From positions 416,001 to 480,000 of the forward strand of contig CAWFQL010000012.1 in NCBI GenBank assembly GCA_963817915.1: 64,000 nt of DNA, written 5' to 3'. Shown here piece after piece: positions 19,001 through 29,751 of the stretch. Numbering within the stretch: position 1 is the first letter of the stretch; every line of letters starts with the position of its first letter. The notes under the pieces were generated by a model that worked only from the letters and a program-made list of their open reading frames with translations, did not search any database and was not told the origin of the DNA. Origin of the DNA: an uncultured candidate division Zixibacteria bacterium. Its GTDB lineage: Bacteria; Zixibacteria; MSB-5A5; UBA10806. Made by a program: the position numbers and the translations under genes.

Positions 19001-19566
19001 ATCGTCCAATAATCTTTATATTCTTCTAATCCAAGCAGGATAATACCGCCGTTGTTAGAGTCCCGGCTAACTCCACCCGTTGAATCAATGACACAATTCT
19101 TGATGGTAATATAGCTTGATATGCCCCAGCTTGCTATTCCTCTGGAAGTTTTCTTCTGCACTAAAGAATCAAACACGATGTCATGGATATAGTGATTAAA
19201 AATAAGAATACCATAACTACTATAATCTGCACCGACCGTTGTAATGATTGGTCTCGGATACGCCGAATGAGCTTTGTAGACAATGGGATGACCCGGTGTT
19301 CCGCTATTAATGGGAACAAGCGTTCCGTGCGCTCCGCTTTCGCCCCAACCCGGCGTAGCATGAGATTCTCTCCACGTTCCACCCATGATTAGCAATGTAT
19401 CGTTAGCCACGAGGGTGCTACAGGCATGACCTAATGTTAACCACTCATGTGTAGTGTCAATACCGGAATAGCTATTATTGCCATGGTTGCTCACGTAATA
19501 TGTACCGCCGTAAGCTAAGCCTGGAATTAGAATCAACATCATTATTATAGAAAGTCTGCGAATCAT
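16060..19566 (-). CDS. Large secreted/surface protein: right-handed beta-helix, Ig-like, FN3, discoidin-like and FN3 domains, T9SS-type C-terminal domain
   Basis: Signal peptide; TYYVS..GNN, NNII/NNTI repeats, DFHL; DTTPP FN3 repeats; AYPIPF..LASGVYLY..KIVVIR end; GGAGG RBS before ATG 19566. Confidence 0.85.
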   Translation of the reverse strand: MIRRLSIIMMLILIPGLAYGGTYYVSNHGNNSYSGIDTTHEWLTLGHACSTLVANDTLLIMGGTWRESHATPGWGESGAHGTLVPINSGTPGHPIVYKAHSAYPRPIITTVGADYSSYGILIFNHYIHDIVFDSLVQKKTSRGIASWGISSYITIKNCVIDSTGGVSRDSNNGGIILLGLEEYKDYWTIQACSSFANYETFDSTWVNHAGMLFYYLRNSTITGNFVFNEPGGSCDGGIFLKQTNSHNTISNNIIHDIGARGITAFYDCDSNTIRNNIIYNCGDGINLEPGTLNHGTRPQYTNIGNSVYNNTIYNVGNGIYSRYAAGEDEPLITPQIFNNIVLQSSYGFTKPTARIVQNLYGNFNCYWNSGSSNFASWNGTAYNLPNFIANIHYDSNSVNVNPLFADPVNHDFHLTAGSPSAVKTGGRGGAYPTYMGALAPNLVTYTISGTVTLAGNGLAGVAINGLPGNPTTNGSGNYTATIDSNWSGTATPVLNGYTFSPASRSYSGVNSNSSGQNYIALPDTTPPTLSNVGSGNITDHAATINWNTNELATSQVNYGLTTGYDSTTALNPSLTLSHSVNLSGLIADTIYHFRVRSKDASNNEAVSIDYQFHTDTSVAYTDLAIGITPTVDSSYAGYSIARINDSVVNPRGGTLTTWASAESALLPHWVQFNFGRRVSVMGLKIYWAWNSSYWMCSRQYRIQYWNETTGAFADIDTVNNSVVDSTSTTWFEPRVTSRIRYYQTPNMGPTSYPTVIWLTEMEIYGTEAGQDTTAPSAPSNYRGQPYNGHGSIELHWNAPGDDSTSGTATAYLIKYMPDTGSAFDWNMASFFNGSIPAPAPADSPQVCIVDGLTPGERYFVAIRAYDEVGNASPEAVIDTFSSGIIVPEQIRTLIDTTAHAATVVASLVESYRNIFYEFALDSVYSFPNPRLEQELSADTVADFIFDSLSQRTTYYWKCRAKSNDGPDSSGWSPVISFNLMTTDINQPLTSADCIAPIAGAQIVSNRPTFTVRYISGLAIVYFEVDSSIDFSSPIQSGPIFADGISPISWRPTNPLDKNGSFYWRASSDNMLWTAPIAFSAVLDIHAYPIPFRASEGLPGITFTNLPEKSKITIATVSGDVVRNVADIGPLEWVWDVRNDKGRQLASGVYLYVVDYGGGTTQGKIVVIR

Positions 19567-19622
19567 GGTTGTGCCTCCATCTTTCATATCGAAAATCTAC
19601 TATATCTTATATCGTCTATAAA

Positions 19623-19638
19623 AGCAAATTCTATTCCC
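19623..19638 (-). promoter_or_regulatory. Putative sigma54 (-24/-12) promoter
   Basis: Minus strand GG-AATAGAATTT-GC (GG-N10-GC), about 57 nt upstream of ATG 19566. Confidence 0.5.
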
Positions 19639-19930
19639 CTAAACAAAAATACTATTAATTTGAAATTTGATGCGAGTAAATGACTTGCGATAAATCACAA
19701 ATATGCATTTTAACGAGTAACTGCTCAAAAATCAATATTGTTCCATTAATGAACAATATTATATGCCGATAAAGAGGTATGTGATTCCATTAATGACACA
19801 GATAATATTTCTCTTCATATTCAAAAAGACTCTTATTAAACTTATTATCTAGGCGAATTGATTCTATAGCCTTTGGAAATTCACAAATTTAGCATTGCAT
19901 GTCCAGGACCACGAAAAATAGATTTTATTG

Positions 19931-19958
19931 TTGACTATTCCCTACTAATTAGTATAAT
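19931..19958 (+). promoter_or_regulatory. Sigma70-type promoter for the FkbM gene
   Basis: TTGACT-16 nt-TATAAT. Confidence 0.55.
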
Positions 19959-20062
19959 TGAACTGGAAGGTTTAGCATTGCTATTAATTTTAATTAAGAA
20001 ATATGATTTCGCACAAAGTAGATTTTAAATCTTAACCTTAATAAGTTATTAATGGGGAATTA

Positions 20063-20749
20063 ATGAGCAGGGCTGGAACATTGATACGATATATACCGAC
20101 AAATTTGCGAAATAGATTGAAGCAATCCTATTACCATTATCTAATCAAAAGAGATAAATTTGAATCTGAAGAACCAGAATATGATTTTATTGACAGCATC
20201 ATAACCTCTGGCGATTGGGTTATTGATATAGGAGCTAATATTGGAACATATACAGCCAAATTTTCCAAATTAGCCGGAGTGGAAGGTAGAGTAATTGCTA
20301 TCGAGCCGTACCCTGAGACTTTTGCAATATTAGCAGAAAACGCAAAACATTTTCGCCATCAAAATATTACTTTAATCAATGTAGCTGCTTCTGATATTCA
20401 TGGCAAAATTAGGATGAATGCCCCCATTTCAGCTACGGGTCAAAAAATTCATTGGCAGGCACATATTATAAGCGATCAAAGCCTTGATAAGGGCGTTAAT
20501 GTGCTATGCCTTCCGATTGATTCATTAAATATATCTGCGAATGTCAAGGCAATTAAAGTCGATGTTGAGGGTCATGAATATAACGTCATAATGGGGATGA
20601 TAAATCTTATAAAAAGGGACAGGCCCTTACTAATAATCGAAGATAATTCATCTGACATCGATAAAATATTGAGCGATATTGGCTATACTATACAGCGCCT
20701 GCCCGAATCCCCCAATAAGATTTTTAGCTTCCCGCTTTTAACTCAATAA
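20063..20749 (+). CDS. FkbM family methyltransferase
   Basis: IDIGANIG, IEPYP, IKVDVEGHE. Confidence 0.9.
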   Translation: MSRAGTLIRYIPTNLRNRLKQSYYHYLIKRDKFESEEPEYDFIDSIITSGDWVIDIGANIGTYTAKFSKLAGVEGRVIAIEPYPETFAILAENAKHFRHQNITLINVAASDIHGKIRMNAPISATGQKIHWQAHIISDQSLDKGVNVLCLPIDSLNISANVKAIKVDVEGHEYNVIMGMINLIKRDRPLLIIEDNSSDIDKILSDIGYTIQRLPESPNKIFSFPLLTQ

Positions 20750-20835
20750 TTTTTGTTTTCTATTGGGCTTTCCTATATCAATTTTCAAAATGAATTAGAT
20801 ATACAAGCTCAAGGTTTTCCCTGTTTGTACCCTGC

Positions 20836-22234
20836 TCACATTCCCAGAGGTACTTTCGAGATTACCCAGCGGAATTTGCCGGAAGCAGTGCGCGGGATTG
20901 AATCGACAAATTCTATTTTGATCTTCATATCGTCGCCGAGCCTTTTTCGGAATTCATCCATGAGGTACTGCGTGTCTTTTTCGCTGTAGGACGGCAGAGT
21001 AATAAGCTTGATCACCAGATGCTCGCGGTCTTCCTGTATTATCTGCGATTCCGCCACGTTGTGCATCGGCTTGAATGGATGAGTCAAAATCGATGATGAT
21101 ATATACCTGCCATCCGGCGTAGTGACAATATCCTCTGCTTTGGTCGTGACATCCTCCATAAGCGGGAAGCCTCGTCCGCAGTCGCATGGCTTTTCTTTAA
21201 TCCCGGTCATGTCGCTTGTGCGATATCTGATGAATCGGCATTCCATAATTATGCAGACCGGTAGCAACTAGCCGGCCCATCTGTCCCGGCGAGCAGGGCT
21301 GGCCATCCTTATCGATAATCTCGCTGATTCCAAAATCCATGTTAATATGATGACCCTGATGGCTGGGGCATTCTCCGGCAAATGCCACTCTCTCCGCGAG
21401 ACCATAAAAATCGTATAATTTGCATCCGAATGCTTTCTCGATCGTCTCGCGTTGAATCGGCAAAAGTGTTTCCGAAGATGTAAATACTGCCTTTACCGGA
21501 AATGTCTTTTTCACGCTAAGAAGATACCGAGCCATAATATAGACTGTCGAAGGATACCCTTCAACCGCGGATGGCTTTATCCGATTCAGATGATCGAGAT
21601 AGATGCCCAAATTATCAGCCGACATGTGAAAGCTGGAAAAGAACACATGATTGAAAACATAATTTGAACGCCAGAAAGGCGGTTTCTTTTGCGTAATCGG
21701 TACGACCATTCTGCCGAGAAAAAATGCAATCCTGTCGCCAAAATTAATACCGGCTCCGGTCTTTACTCTCCAATCGACCACATTCTTGATCAGGCATATT
21801 TGGCGATCATAGTAAAATTCAAGCGGCGAGCCGGTCGTGCCGCTTGTATGCCCGATTATAAGCTCAGATCGTTTGAAATTACGCGCCGTAAGCTCATCGA
21901 AATTGGCTTTGATGTCCTCACGAGTCAAAATCGGCATCTTAGGCAAATCATCGATAGTCTTGATATCATCCGGTCGAAGTTTGAGAGCATCCATCTTTTT
22001 TCGGTAGTAAGGGACATTCTCGTATGAATGCTTTATTATTGCCCTTAATTTCTCGTTTTGATATTCACGCAGCTCATCGACAGACAGCCATTGGTTTGCC
22101 TCGAACTCCGCAAGAGCCTTTCTGAATTTAGCCCCGTACTCTCGACGTAAAAGCTTGAAGCCGTAATAACTGACAGCCAGATTTTGCAGAAATGCCGGGC
22201 TGGAATCGTAAAGTTTTTCGCTCAGTTTACTCAT
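20836..22234 (-). CDS. Phenylacetate-CoA-ligase-like (CapK-type) adenylating enzyme; one frameshift near 21230
   Basis: HTSGTTGSP, YGLAE; GMP|FIRYRTSD split across ORFs 21197-22234 and 20836-21267; IPRTASGKFR. Confidence 0.85.
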
Positions 22235-23444
22235 TTGCTGTGTTGTTTAATACATTCCTGATTTTTTGTCCAATAATATGCCAGGAATATTTATCGACCA
22301 CAAGCTTGCGCGCGTTAAGTTCAAGTTTTTGCCGCAATTCGCTGTTTATCATCAGATTAATGACATGTTTGGCGAATCCTTCGGCCGTATCCGAGATCAA
22401 TATATCCTGACCGGGAGTAACTTCAATTCCCTCGCATCCAACTTTCGTCGATACCAATGCTTTGCCGCAAGCGAATGCGTCGAGTATCTTAAGCCGTGTT
22501 CCGCCTCCGACCCTGATCGGGCAGACATATACTGCCGACCTGGCGATAAAATCCCTCGTATCCTTAACAAATCCATGCACCTTTATCGAACTATCTTGTA
22601 GCGCCATTTTCTTAATTTCATTGGGCGGATCCTGGCCGATTATATTCATCACTACATCAGGGATCGCTTTCTTGACCAATGGAAGGACCTCATCGCAAAA
22701 AAATATCATGGCGTCGCGATTTGGATACCAATTCATTCCGCCAGCGAAAACCAACTCATTCGAAGGTTCACCTGATTGCGGCGTAAAATATTCAATATCG
22801 GTGCCGTTGGGGATAGTCTCGAATTTAGCATCGGGAGATAATTTTCTCAAGTTGTCCCCGTCGCCATCGGAAACAACGAAATTAACATCGAATTTCCCGA
22901 TTTGTTTCGTTTCATATCCCCGTAATTTCGCTCCCTGTATAAGCAGATATAGTTTCAATAATGGATTTTTCTCGTTGGCTCCTCTCCGCAGTAGCAAATC
23001 CGATTCTACATTATGATGATTGAGTATTTTGGGAATATTACCTACGGGACCGGCATATTGAGCCAGGTCGATGGTATCGAAGAATACCAGATCGAATTTG
23101 ATCTTATGAAGCTCTTTTTCGATTTCACGTCGCATTAACTTTGCTCTAAATTTCCATAATGAATATGGTGAGGTCGAAAGTAAATTGCTTAGAAGCAGAA
23201 AATTCCATTTTAATTCACTTTTCTCTGCTGGTATATCGAAGACCTTAATTGATTCGCAATAACCCGATAGCACCTTAACTGCCGCATCGACGCTGTCTTT
23301 ATCCTGCAGCAACGCCTTCTGATTTAATGCTAATAGATGCACTTTATTGTCTTTGGCAATTTCCCTTAAGACATTGAATGTTCGCTGGAGCGATCCCCCG
23401 TGCGGCGGATATGGTACAAAATGACAAATCATCAGAATATTCAT
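22227..23444 (-). CDS. Glycosyltransferase family 4
   Basis: PYPPHGG, HNVES, GGGTRLKILDA. Confidence 0.88.
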   Translation of the reverse strand: MNILMICHFVPYPPHGGSLQRTFNVLREIAKDNKVHLLALNQKALLQDKDSVDAAVKVLSGYCESIKVFDIPAEKSELKWNFLLLSNLLSTSPYSLWKFRAKLMRREIEKELHKIKFDLVFFDTIDLAQYAGPVGNIPKILNHHNVESDLLLRRGANEKNPLLKLYLLIQGAKLRGYETKQIGKFDVNFVVSDGDGDNLRKLSPDAKFETIPNGTDIEYFTPQSGEPSNELVFAGGMNWYPNRDAMIFFCDEVLPLVKKAIPDVVMNIIGQDPPNEIKKMALQDSSIKVHGFVKDTRDFIARSAVYVCPIRVGGGTRLKILDAFACGKALVSTKVGCEGIEVTPGQDILISDTAEGFAKHVINLMINSELRQKLELNARKLVVDKYSWHIIGQKIRNVLNNTANE

Positions 23445-24565
23445 TTTGATCTTAGCACCTCTGAATAGACTTCTAATATTCTTTTCTTCTGGATATCCGA
23501 TGAAAACTCTTCTTCGATTCTATTCCGCGCACCTGAACTTAATGACACTTTTAAATTTGAGTCATTTAGAATCGCCAGGCATGCGTCGGCAAGGGCATTT
23601 GCGTTCACGGCATCCACTAACAGTCCGGATTTATTATGTTCGATGATCTCCACTAAGCCGCCGACCTTAGTTGATACCACAGGTTTCCCCATTGCCATTG
23701 CCTCCAGGACAACCATTGGTATACCTTCGTGATGCGAAGAAACCACAAAAATATCCATGCAATTCATAATATCCGCGATATCGTCCCTGAATCCCAATAA
23801 TTTAACCGAATCACTTATATTCAATTCTTCCGTTTTTTTTTCGAGATCATTTCTTAAAGGCCCGTCTCCTACCAAAAGAAATTTCGCATTTTTTTGAGTT
23901 TTGCGGATATTAACTGCCATTTCAATAAAAATATCGTACGCCTTTATCGGCACGAGCCTTCCGGCAGTCCCTATGATAATATCGTTTTCACTAAGGCCCA
24001 ATTCTAATTTTATTTTATTTCGGTTTTCTGGACAATGGACTGCCGAGAAATCCACTGAATTATGAACCGCTGTAATTTTTTCAGCCGGGTATATATCGGT
24101 TAGCTGGCTTGCGAGATCATTAGAAACCGCGATTAGTCTGTCGAAATATTTTTTTGAATAATAAATATTGAGAGCATTAATAAAACCACTCTTTATCCTT
24201 TTAACGCCTCCAAATGGTTCCGCGGCGCCATGAACAGTCTGAACAAGCTTCTTAATGGCGCATCTATTCTTAACCATTCCCGCGAGAATATTTTCTTTAT
24301 ATCGATGAGAGTGCAATATGTCGATATTTTTTGCCCGAAGTTTTTCAGTGATTAAATGACGCAATTGAAAGAAGCCGTGTTTGCTTTCATCAAAAACCGA
24401 GACATCTATTCCAATTGACTTCAATTGTTCGGCAAGTTTACCGGGATTTAGCACAATCGCAGAAATATTAACTGATGGTTCAGTCGATAATGCCTTGACG
24501 AGAATATACATCTGAACTTCGGCCCCCGCCCAGAGATCGCCGGATGCCAAATGGCATACATTCAT
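23441..24565 (-). CDS. Glycosyltransferase family 4
   Basis: DLWAGAE, EGIPMVVLEAM. Confidence 0.9.
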   Translation of the reverse strand: MNVCHLASGDLWAGAEVQMYILVKALSTEPSVNISAIVLNPGKLAEQLKSIGIDVSVFDESKHGFFQLRHLITEKLRAKNIDILHSHRYKENILAGMVKNRCAIKKLVQTVHGAAEPFGGVKRIKSGFINALNIYYSKKYFDRLIAVSNDLASQLTDIYPAEKITAVHNSVDFSAVHCPENRNKIKLELGLSENDIIIGTAGRLVPIKAYDIFIEMAVNIRKTQKNAKFLLVGDGPLRNDLEKKTEELNISDSVKLLGFRDDIADIMNCMDIFVVSSHHEGIPMVVLEAMAMGKPVVSTKVGGLVEIIEHNKSGLLVDAVNANALADACLAILNDSNLKVSLSSGARNRIEEEFSSDIQKKRILEVYSEVLRSK

Positions 24566-25698
24566 CTTTTTGTCGATTGCCAGGTAATATACCTTTCACC
24601 TTTAAAATACTCAAACCATGCCACTAATATTGAGTAATTTGCCATTACAAAGAAATATGGAATTTTGAATAGCTTGTTTTCTCGAAGTCTTTTAATTGCG
24701 AATGCTAAAAATGCAATGCCATAGAAAATAATTTGACAGAGAAAGATCGCCCGGTAGATGCTACCCCGATGTAGTAGATAAGTGTTGGCGATAAAAGCGA
24801 CTATTAACGCAAATGGCACTAGCCATCTTGCTAATTTATGGCTTAGCATTTGAATAGAGTAAAAGCCATATTTTAACGGATTTAAGATATATTTAAAATG
24901 CATAAGTACATCAATCCCATGTACAACTGTGCGCACTTTACGCTTGAATTCCTTTTTATCATCCTCAATTATATTATAGTATCCTATGGCGTCATCATCG
25001 GAGACAGTCCGATAACCATTTTTATAAGCAACTATAGGCAGATAAAAATCGCTGGACATATCATCGTGCCATTCAGCACACAACGAATGTCGTGTCGCGT
25101 AAAACGATCCGCTAGCCCCGATTAAAGATCCCACTTTGCTCTCTAATGCTCTGAGCACCATCTCATACCTTACATAAAGGCCTTCGCCCTGTGATTCATT
25201 GTTTTCATTAGCAATAATGTCTGTTCCGGAAACCACTCCGATCTTAGGATCGGCAAAATTACTTACAATGATCGAAATCGCATTTTCTTTTAGGAAAGTG
25301 GTCGCATCGGACAAAATGATAATTTCGCCACTCGACTTTTCTACGGCTTTTCCCTGGCAAAAGTGTTTCCCATGTCTCTCTGGAAATGAGATTAATATTA
25401 CGCCTTTATTTTGGTACGATTTTACGATTTCATCCGTCTTATCCGTGGATCCATCGGATGCAACTATAATTTCCATCTTATCTTTCGGATAAACAGTTCT
25501 GAGGGTGCTATCCAATTTTTGTTGAATCCGTTTTTCTTCGTTGTAGGCTGTAATTATCACGCTCACAAAAGGGAAAAACTCCTTTTTATTTACATTTTTT
25601 TGGATCATGTATGAGAGTATTTTTAAAAGTACAAAATATCCCAAATATGCCCAAATGACCAAAAATATCGCGGAGGTGAATGCAAAATAGATGGTCAT
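24562..25698 (-). CDS. Glycosyltransferase family 2
   Basis: ITAYNEE, SDGSTD, SHKLARW; TM segments at both ends. Confidence 0.9.
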   Translation of the reverse strand: MTIYFAFTSAIFLVIWAYLGYFVLLKILSYMIQKNVNKKEFFPFVSVIITAYNEEKRIQQKLDSTLRTVYPKDKMEIIVASDGSTDKTDEIVKSYQNKGVILISFPERHGKHFCQGKAVEKSSGEIIILSDATTFLKENAISIIVSNFADPKIGVVSGTDIIANENNESQGEGLYVRYEMVLRALESKVGSLIGASGSFYATRHSLCAEWHDDMSSDFYLPIVAYKNGYRTVSDDDAIGYYNIIEDDKKEFKRKVRTVVHGIDVLMHFKYILNPLKYGFYSIQMLSHKLARWLVPFALIVAFIANTYLLHRGSIYRAIFLCQIIFYGIAFLAFAIKRLRENKLFKIPYFFVMANYSILVAWFEYFKGERYITWQSTKR

Positions 25699-26822
25699 TT
25701 AAGAAGCTCCAGATATAACTCTTGATATTTACTAATCATTGTCTTAAGAGAGAATAATGAAATCGCAAACTCTTTTCCTCTTTCTCCCATCTCAAGCCTG
25801 AGTTCGTTATTCAAAACAAGCTCTGATATTCTATCGGCCAAACTGACCGGATCCCCCGGATTTACGAGATAACCTGTCTGGCCCGATTTAACTACTTCAG
25901 GTATGCCACCGACATTTGTGGCAATTACGGGTCGAGCGGCCATCATTGCTTCGACGATAGATACGGGCAAACCTTCGGATATCGAGGCGAGCAGAAATAT
26001 ATCGATACTTCTTAGAATTTGTGGGATATCCTTTCTGAACCCGAGGAATTTAATTTTATCTCTTAGTTGATAACTGTCGATCTTATCCGATATTCTATTC
26101 TTGATAGTGCCATCGCCTTCTTCTCCTATTAGCAGAAATTTTGCGCGGCGATTTTTCGAACAGACTAGTTTGGCGGCATCGACTAAAATATCATGCCCCT
26201 TTGGTGTCCTGAAATTGGCAATATTGGCAATTAGAATTTCCCCATCATGAAAATCAATCTCTTTTTTAAATGCTTCAATACTATAATTATTGTCTTTCGG
26301 ATATTCTGGAACGCCATTATAAATTGTTTGGACCTTCTTTACAGGGAATTTGGCTTTTAATAGATATTCATTCTTCATGAAATCGGCGACGAAAATTAAA
26401 CTCGACGCGAAATTTCTGATCAAAAAATACCTTAAATTTCTATATCGTTCGTGAGCGCCCGGAAGCGCAAGCTCATTATGAAATGTGCAAATTACAGGGA
26501 TGCCTAGAATCTTTCCTGCTATACTTCCGTAGAGATTAGCTCCAGGAAGATGAGCGTGTATCACTTTAATTTCATTGTTTCTGCAAAATCTGATTAACCT
26601 AAACAAAAATGCGAAATCCCATGACTTCTGACTGGGAATTACGCTGACTTGAATTCCATGTTCAGCCAGAAAATCATAAAACCAACCTGGCCGAAACAAT
26701 GCCACGCTTGGAATAAAAAGATCGCGATCGAGATTATTGGCAATATTGAAAAGAACGGTTTCCGCCCCGCCAGGTCCGCTGGTCTCATTGAGAAAAAGAA
26801 TATTGAAAGGCTTCCTCGTCAT
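25695..26822 (-). CDS. Glycosyltransferase family 4
   Basis: GPGGAE, EGLPVSIVEAM. Confidence 0.9.
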   Translation of the reverse strand: MTRKPFNILFLNETSGPGGAETVLFNIANNLDRDLFIPSVALFRPGWFYDFLAEHGIQVSVIPSQKSWDFAFLFRLIRFCRNNEIKVIHAHLPGANLYGSIAGKILGIPVICTFHNELALPGAHERYRNLRYFLIRNFASSLIFVADFMKNEYLLKAKFPVKKVQTIYNGVPEYPKDNNYSIEAFKKEIDFHDGEILIANIANFRTPKGHDILVDAAKLVCSKNRRAKFLLIGEEGDGTIKNRISDKIDSYQLRDKIKFLGFRKDIPQILRSIDIFLLASISEGLPVSIVEAMMAARPVIATNVGGIPEVVKSGQTGYLVNPGDPVSLADRISELVLNNELRLEMGERGKEFAISLFSLKTMISKYQELYLELLK

Positions 26823-26873
26823 CTATTTAACTGTCCAAAGTCATGCTGAATAAGAAAGTTGCCTTTTCTAAAT

Positions 26874-28739
26874 TTACAGGATTTCATTATCTATATAAAT
26901 CCTATGCCACAATTCGAGACTAACCAATTCCCACAATAATTCCCCATGGTCAAATTTGCCCGATAAATGCTCATTCGCTAAATTTCTGACGACGGCAGAA
27001 TCTATATAACCTCTTTGGGCATATTTTTCCTCCGAGAACAGCTTTAGATATCGTCCCATCCCTTTATCATCGCGGAACCAACGAGATAATGGCACTCCAA
27101 ATCCCGATTTTTTCCGGGTTATTATTTCCATTGGCAGGGATTTTTCGGCTAATTCTTTGACAATCGCCTTTGTATCAAATCCTTTGATTTTTAGATTTAG
27201 AGGGACTGTCGTAGCCCATTCCACTAATCTATGATCAAGAAATGGAACTCGGGCTTCAATGCTCGCCGCCATACTCATTTTATCCTGACGATTCAATATC
27301 GATACTAAATAATTTTTCAGATCGATCCTCAGAATCGATTCAGTCAAATTGCCCGGATTTATTTGCCAGCCAGGGATTAAAGACAGTCTATCTCGGATAT
27401 AGCTGTACCCGCTCGAATTAGCCAGTATTGCACTCGCCTGTTGCGGGGTGACAAATGATGAATTCAAGACGGCCATTTCCTGCAATTCCAGTGGAAGCAA
27501 TTGAGCAAGCTTATTCATCCTTCTCATATTACCATATTTAGCGACTTGGCTAAATACATTCTTGGCAAAGCGCGGAAATCCATATAGGCGTGAGTAGATT
27601 TTCGCGATATTATACCTTGGATAGCCTCCAAAAAGCTCATCGGAGCCTTCGCCTGTCAGGACAACGGTGACAAATTGCTTAGCTAATTGGCTTATAAGAA
27701 ATATTTGCACGGAATTCGCATGGTTGAGAGGTTCATCATTATGCCAGATCATTTTGGGCAAAACATCGGCAAAAGTCTGATTATTCACAGTGATAGTATG
27801 ATGATTCGTGCCGAATTTTTGCGATACCATAAGGGCGTAACGGCTTTCGTCAAAATCCTTTTCCTCAAAACCCACTGAAAAAGTATTGAGATTAAAGTTC
27901 CCTAAGCGGGAGGCGTATGCGGAAGTTAGACTGGAATCGACTCCACCGCTGCAAAACGTGCCGAGGGGTACATCGCTCATCAACCGATACTTAACCGAAG
28001 CATTCAGCAGCTCATCGAGTTTGGTGACTGCTTCCGACTCGCCCATACGGAGATATTCATTCGAATTCGGCAGATCCCAGAATTTCTTAGTCTCGATTTT
28101 GCCGTTCTCCAGAATTAAAATATGCCCCGGCAATAGATTATAGATATTCTTAAACATTGTTTTCTCGCCGGAGACAAACCTGAATATCAAATATTCTTCC
28201 AGTCCATCTGCGTTTATCTCGGGGCGAAGGAAATCACTTTTGAAGATTGATTTTATCTCTGACGCAAACGCGAATCCCTTATTAGAATGATGATAATAAA
28301 GCGGCTTGATACCCAATCGATCCCTTACCAATATCAGGCGCTTCTTTTTGTCGTCCCAAATGGCAATCCCGAACATGCCATTCATTTTCTTGAAGCCGTC
28401 AATTCCTTCTTCTTCGTATAGATGCAGAATGCTTTCAGTGTCACTCTTGGTCTTATATTGATGTCCCTTGGCAATAAGATCTTTTCTAAGGTCCTGATGG
28501 TTGTATATTTCGCCGTTGAATATCAACCAGATATTTCCGTCTTCATTGCATATAGGCTGATGTCCTGTGCTAAGATCAACTATGCTAAGTCGTCGAAAGC
28601 CCAATCCGGCATTATTATTGATATATATTCCGTCATCATCGGGACCGCGGTGCGTCATGACATCTCTCATCTGAATGAGGATATCCTTATCAACTATATT
28701 ATCTTTATCTCTATTAACTATTCCGCAAATCCCACACAT
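26874..28739 (-). CDS. asnB: Asparagine synthase (glutamine-hydrolysing)-like amidotransferase
   Basis: MCGICG, HRGPD, FNGEIYN, SGGVDSS, EARVPFLD. Confidence 0.93.
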   Translation of the reverse strand: MCGICGIVNRDKDNIVDKDILIQMRDVMTHRGPDDDGIYINNNAGLGFRRLSIVDLSTGHQPICNEDGNIWLIFNGEIYNHQDLRKDLIAKGHQYKTKSDTESILHLYEEEGIDGFKKMNGMFGIAIWDDKKKRLILVRDRLGIKPLYYHHSNKGFAFASEIKSIFKSDFLRPEINADGLEEYLIFRFVSGEKTMFKNIYNLLPGHILILENGKIETKKFWDLPNSNEYLRMGESEAVTKLDELLNASVKYRLMSDVPLGTFCSGGVDSSLTSAYASRLGNFNLNTFSVGFEEKDFDESRYALMVSQKFGTNHHTITVNNQTFADVLPKMIWHNDEPLNHANSVQIFLISQLAKQFVTVVLTGEGSDELFGGYPRYNIAKIYSRLYGFPRFAKNVFSQVAKYGNMRRMNKLAQLLPLELQEMAVLNSSFVTPQQASAILANSSGYSYIRDRLSLIPGWQINPGNLTESILRIDLKNYLVSILNRQDKMSMAASIEARVPFLDHRLVEWATTVPLNLKIKGFDTKAIVKELAEKSLPMEIITRKKSGFGVPLSRWFRDDKGMGRYLKLFSEEKYAQRGYIDSAVVRNLANEHLSGKFDHGELLWELVSLELWHRIYIDNEIL

Positions 28740-28968
28740 TATCCAGCTCCATTTAAGCGATTCCGACTTTCCTTATTACCGTAAATCAAATTCCATCTTA
28801 ATCCAACTTGTCCATTTCTGAAGTCTTAATCGATATTTATCATATGATTTATATCGGCGGCGGCATTGTTGAAATTATATTCAAAGCCTTTCAAAGGCAC
28901 GCGAATTTTGCCATGTTTTCGCTTGTATTCATTATAGTCAATATCTCTGCGCAATAGCCGCCTATTTT

Positions 28969-29715
28969 TCATCTATTAACATAATCCCTTATATACCTAA
29001 TCAAGTTTATTATAGAGCCGCCGCAATAAATGAATAGTATCTTATAAATATTCAGTTTCCCATTAGAATTTACAGAAAAAATGCGGCTTTTCGAATAAAA
29101 ATTGCCATTTTTTAGGGACAACAGCAAATCCTCCGCCGAGTTTCTTGGCGAGCTGACAATTGTTGAAATATGGTAGAAATTCGCCGGACTATGAAGATCA
29201 AGTCCGCAAAATGCCTTAAGTTCCGGATGCCATTTCTTAAAACGAGAAAACATTCCAACCGACCTGTATTGAGGCAAATATTTCCTTTCCTGTCTGTTCC
29301 AGATTTCGCACCCGTCCAACATCCTGATCCAATTAGAATCAAATGGATAGTTCCTGACCGTAGGGTGAGCCAATACAGCCGCGCCGCCATTTGATTGAAT
29401 ATGCTTGATTATTGTGGCGGGATCATCAGAGGTACATGTCTTAACAACTCCATAACCCAGAATATCGATATCGTCATGGCATCTAAATTCAATCCCTGGG
29501 ATTATCAAGAAATCGGATGTGGATAAATGCGCACATCGATTAGCCAGATCGGCCATAGATGATTCATTAATGTCATACGAATGTTCGGTAATGGCAATAA
29601 ATTGAAATCCTTTGCCCTTTAGAAAATCGGCTAATTGTTCCAGGGAGAGCGTGCCGTCATGGGAAAGATTCGTATGAAGATGTAATGCTCCCTGCAGTTG
29701 CCCGATACCATTCAT
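28969..29715 (-). CDS. PHP-domain metallophosphoesterase
   Basis: HLHTNLSHDG, ITEH, LAHP, GLDLH. Confidence 0.8.
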   Translation of the reverse strand: MNGIGQLQGALHLHTNLSHDGTLSLEQLADFLKGKGFQFIAITEHSYDINESSMADLANRCAHLSTSDFLIIPGIEFRCHDDIDILGYGVVKTCTSDDPATIIKHIQSNGGAAVLAHPTVRNYPFDSNWIRMLDGCEIWNRQERKYLPQYRSVGMFSRFKKWHPELKAFCGLDLHSPANFYHISTIVSSPRNSAEDLLLSLKNGNFYSKSRIFSVNSNGKLNIYKILFIYCGGSIINLIRYIRDYVNR

Positions 29716-29751
29716 TATCGATTGCCCTGAGCCTGGTTTGTCAATTTCACC

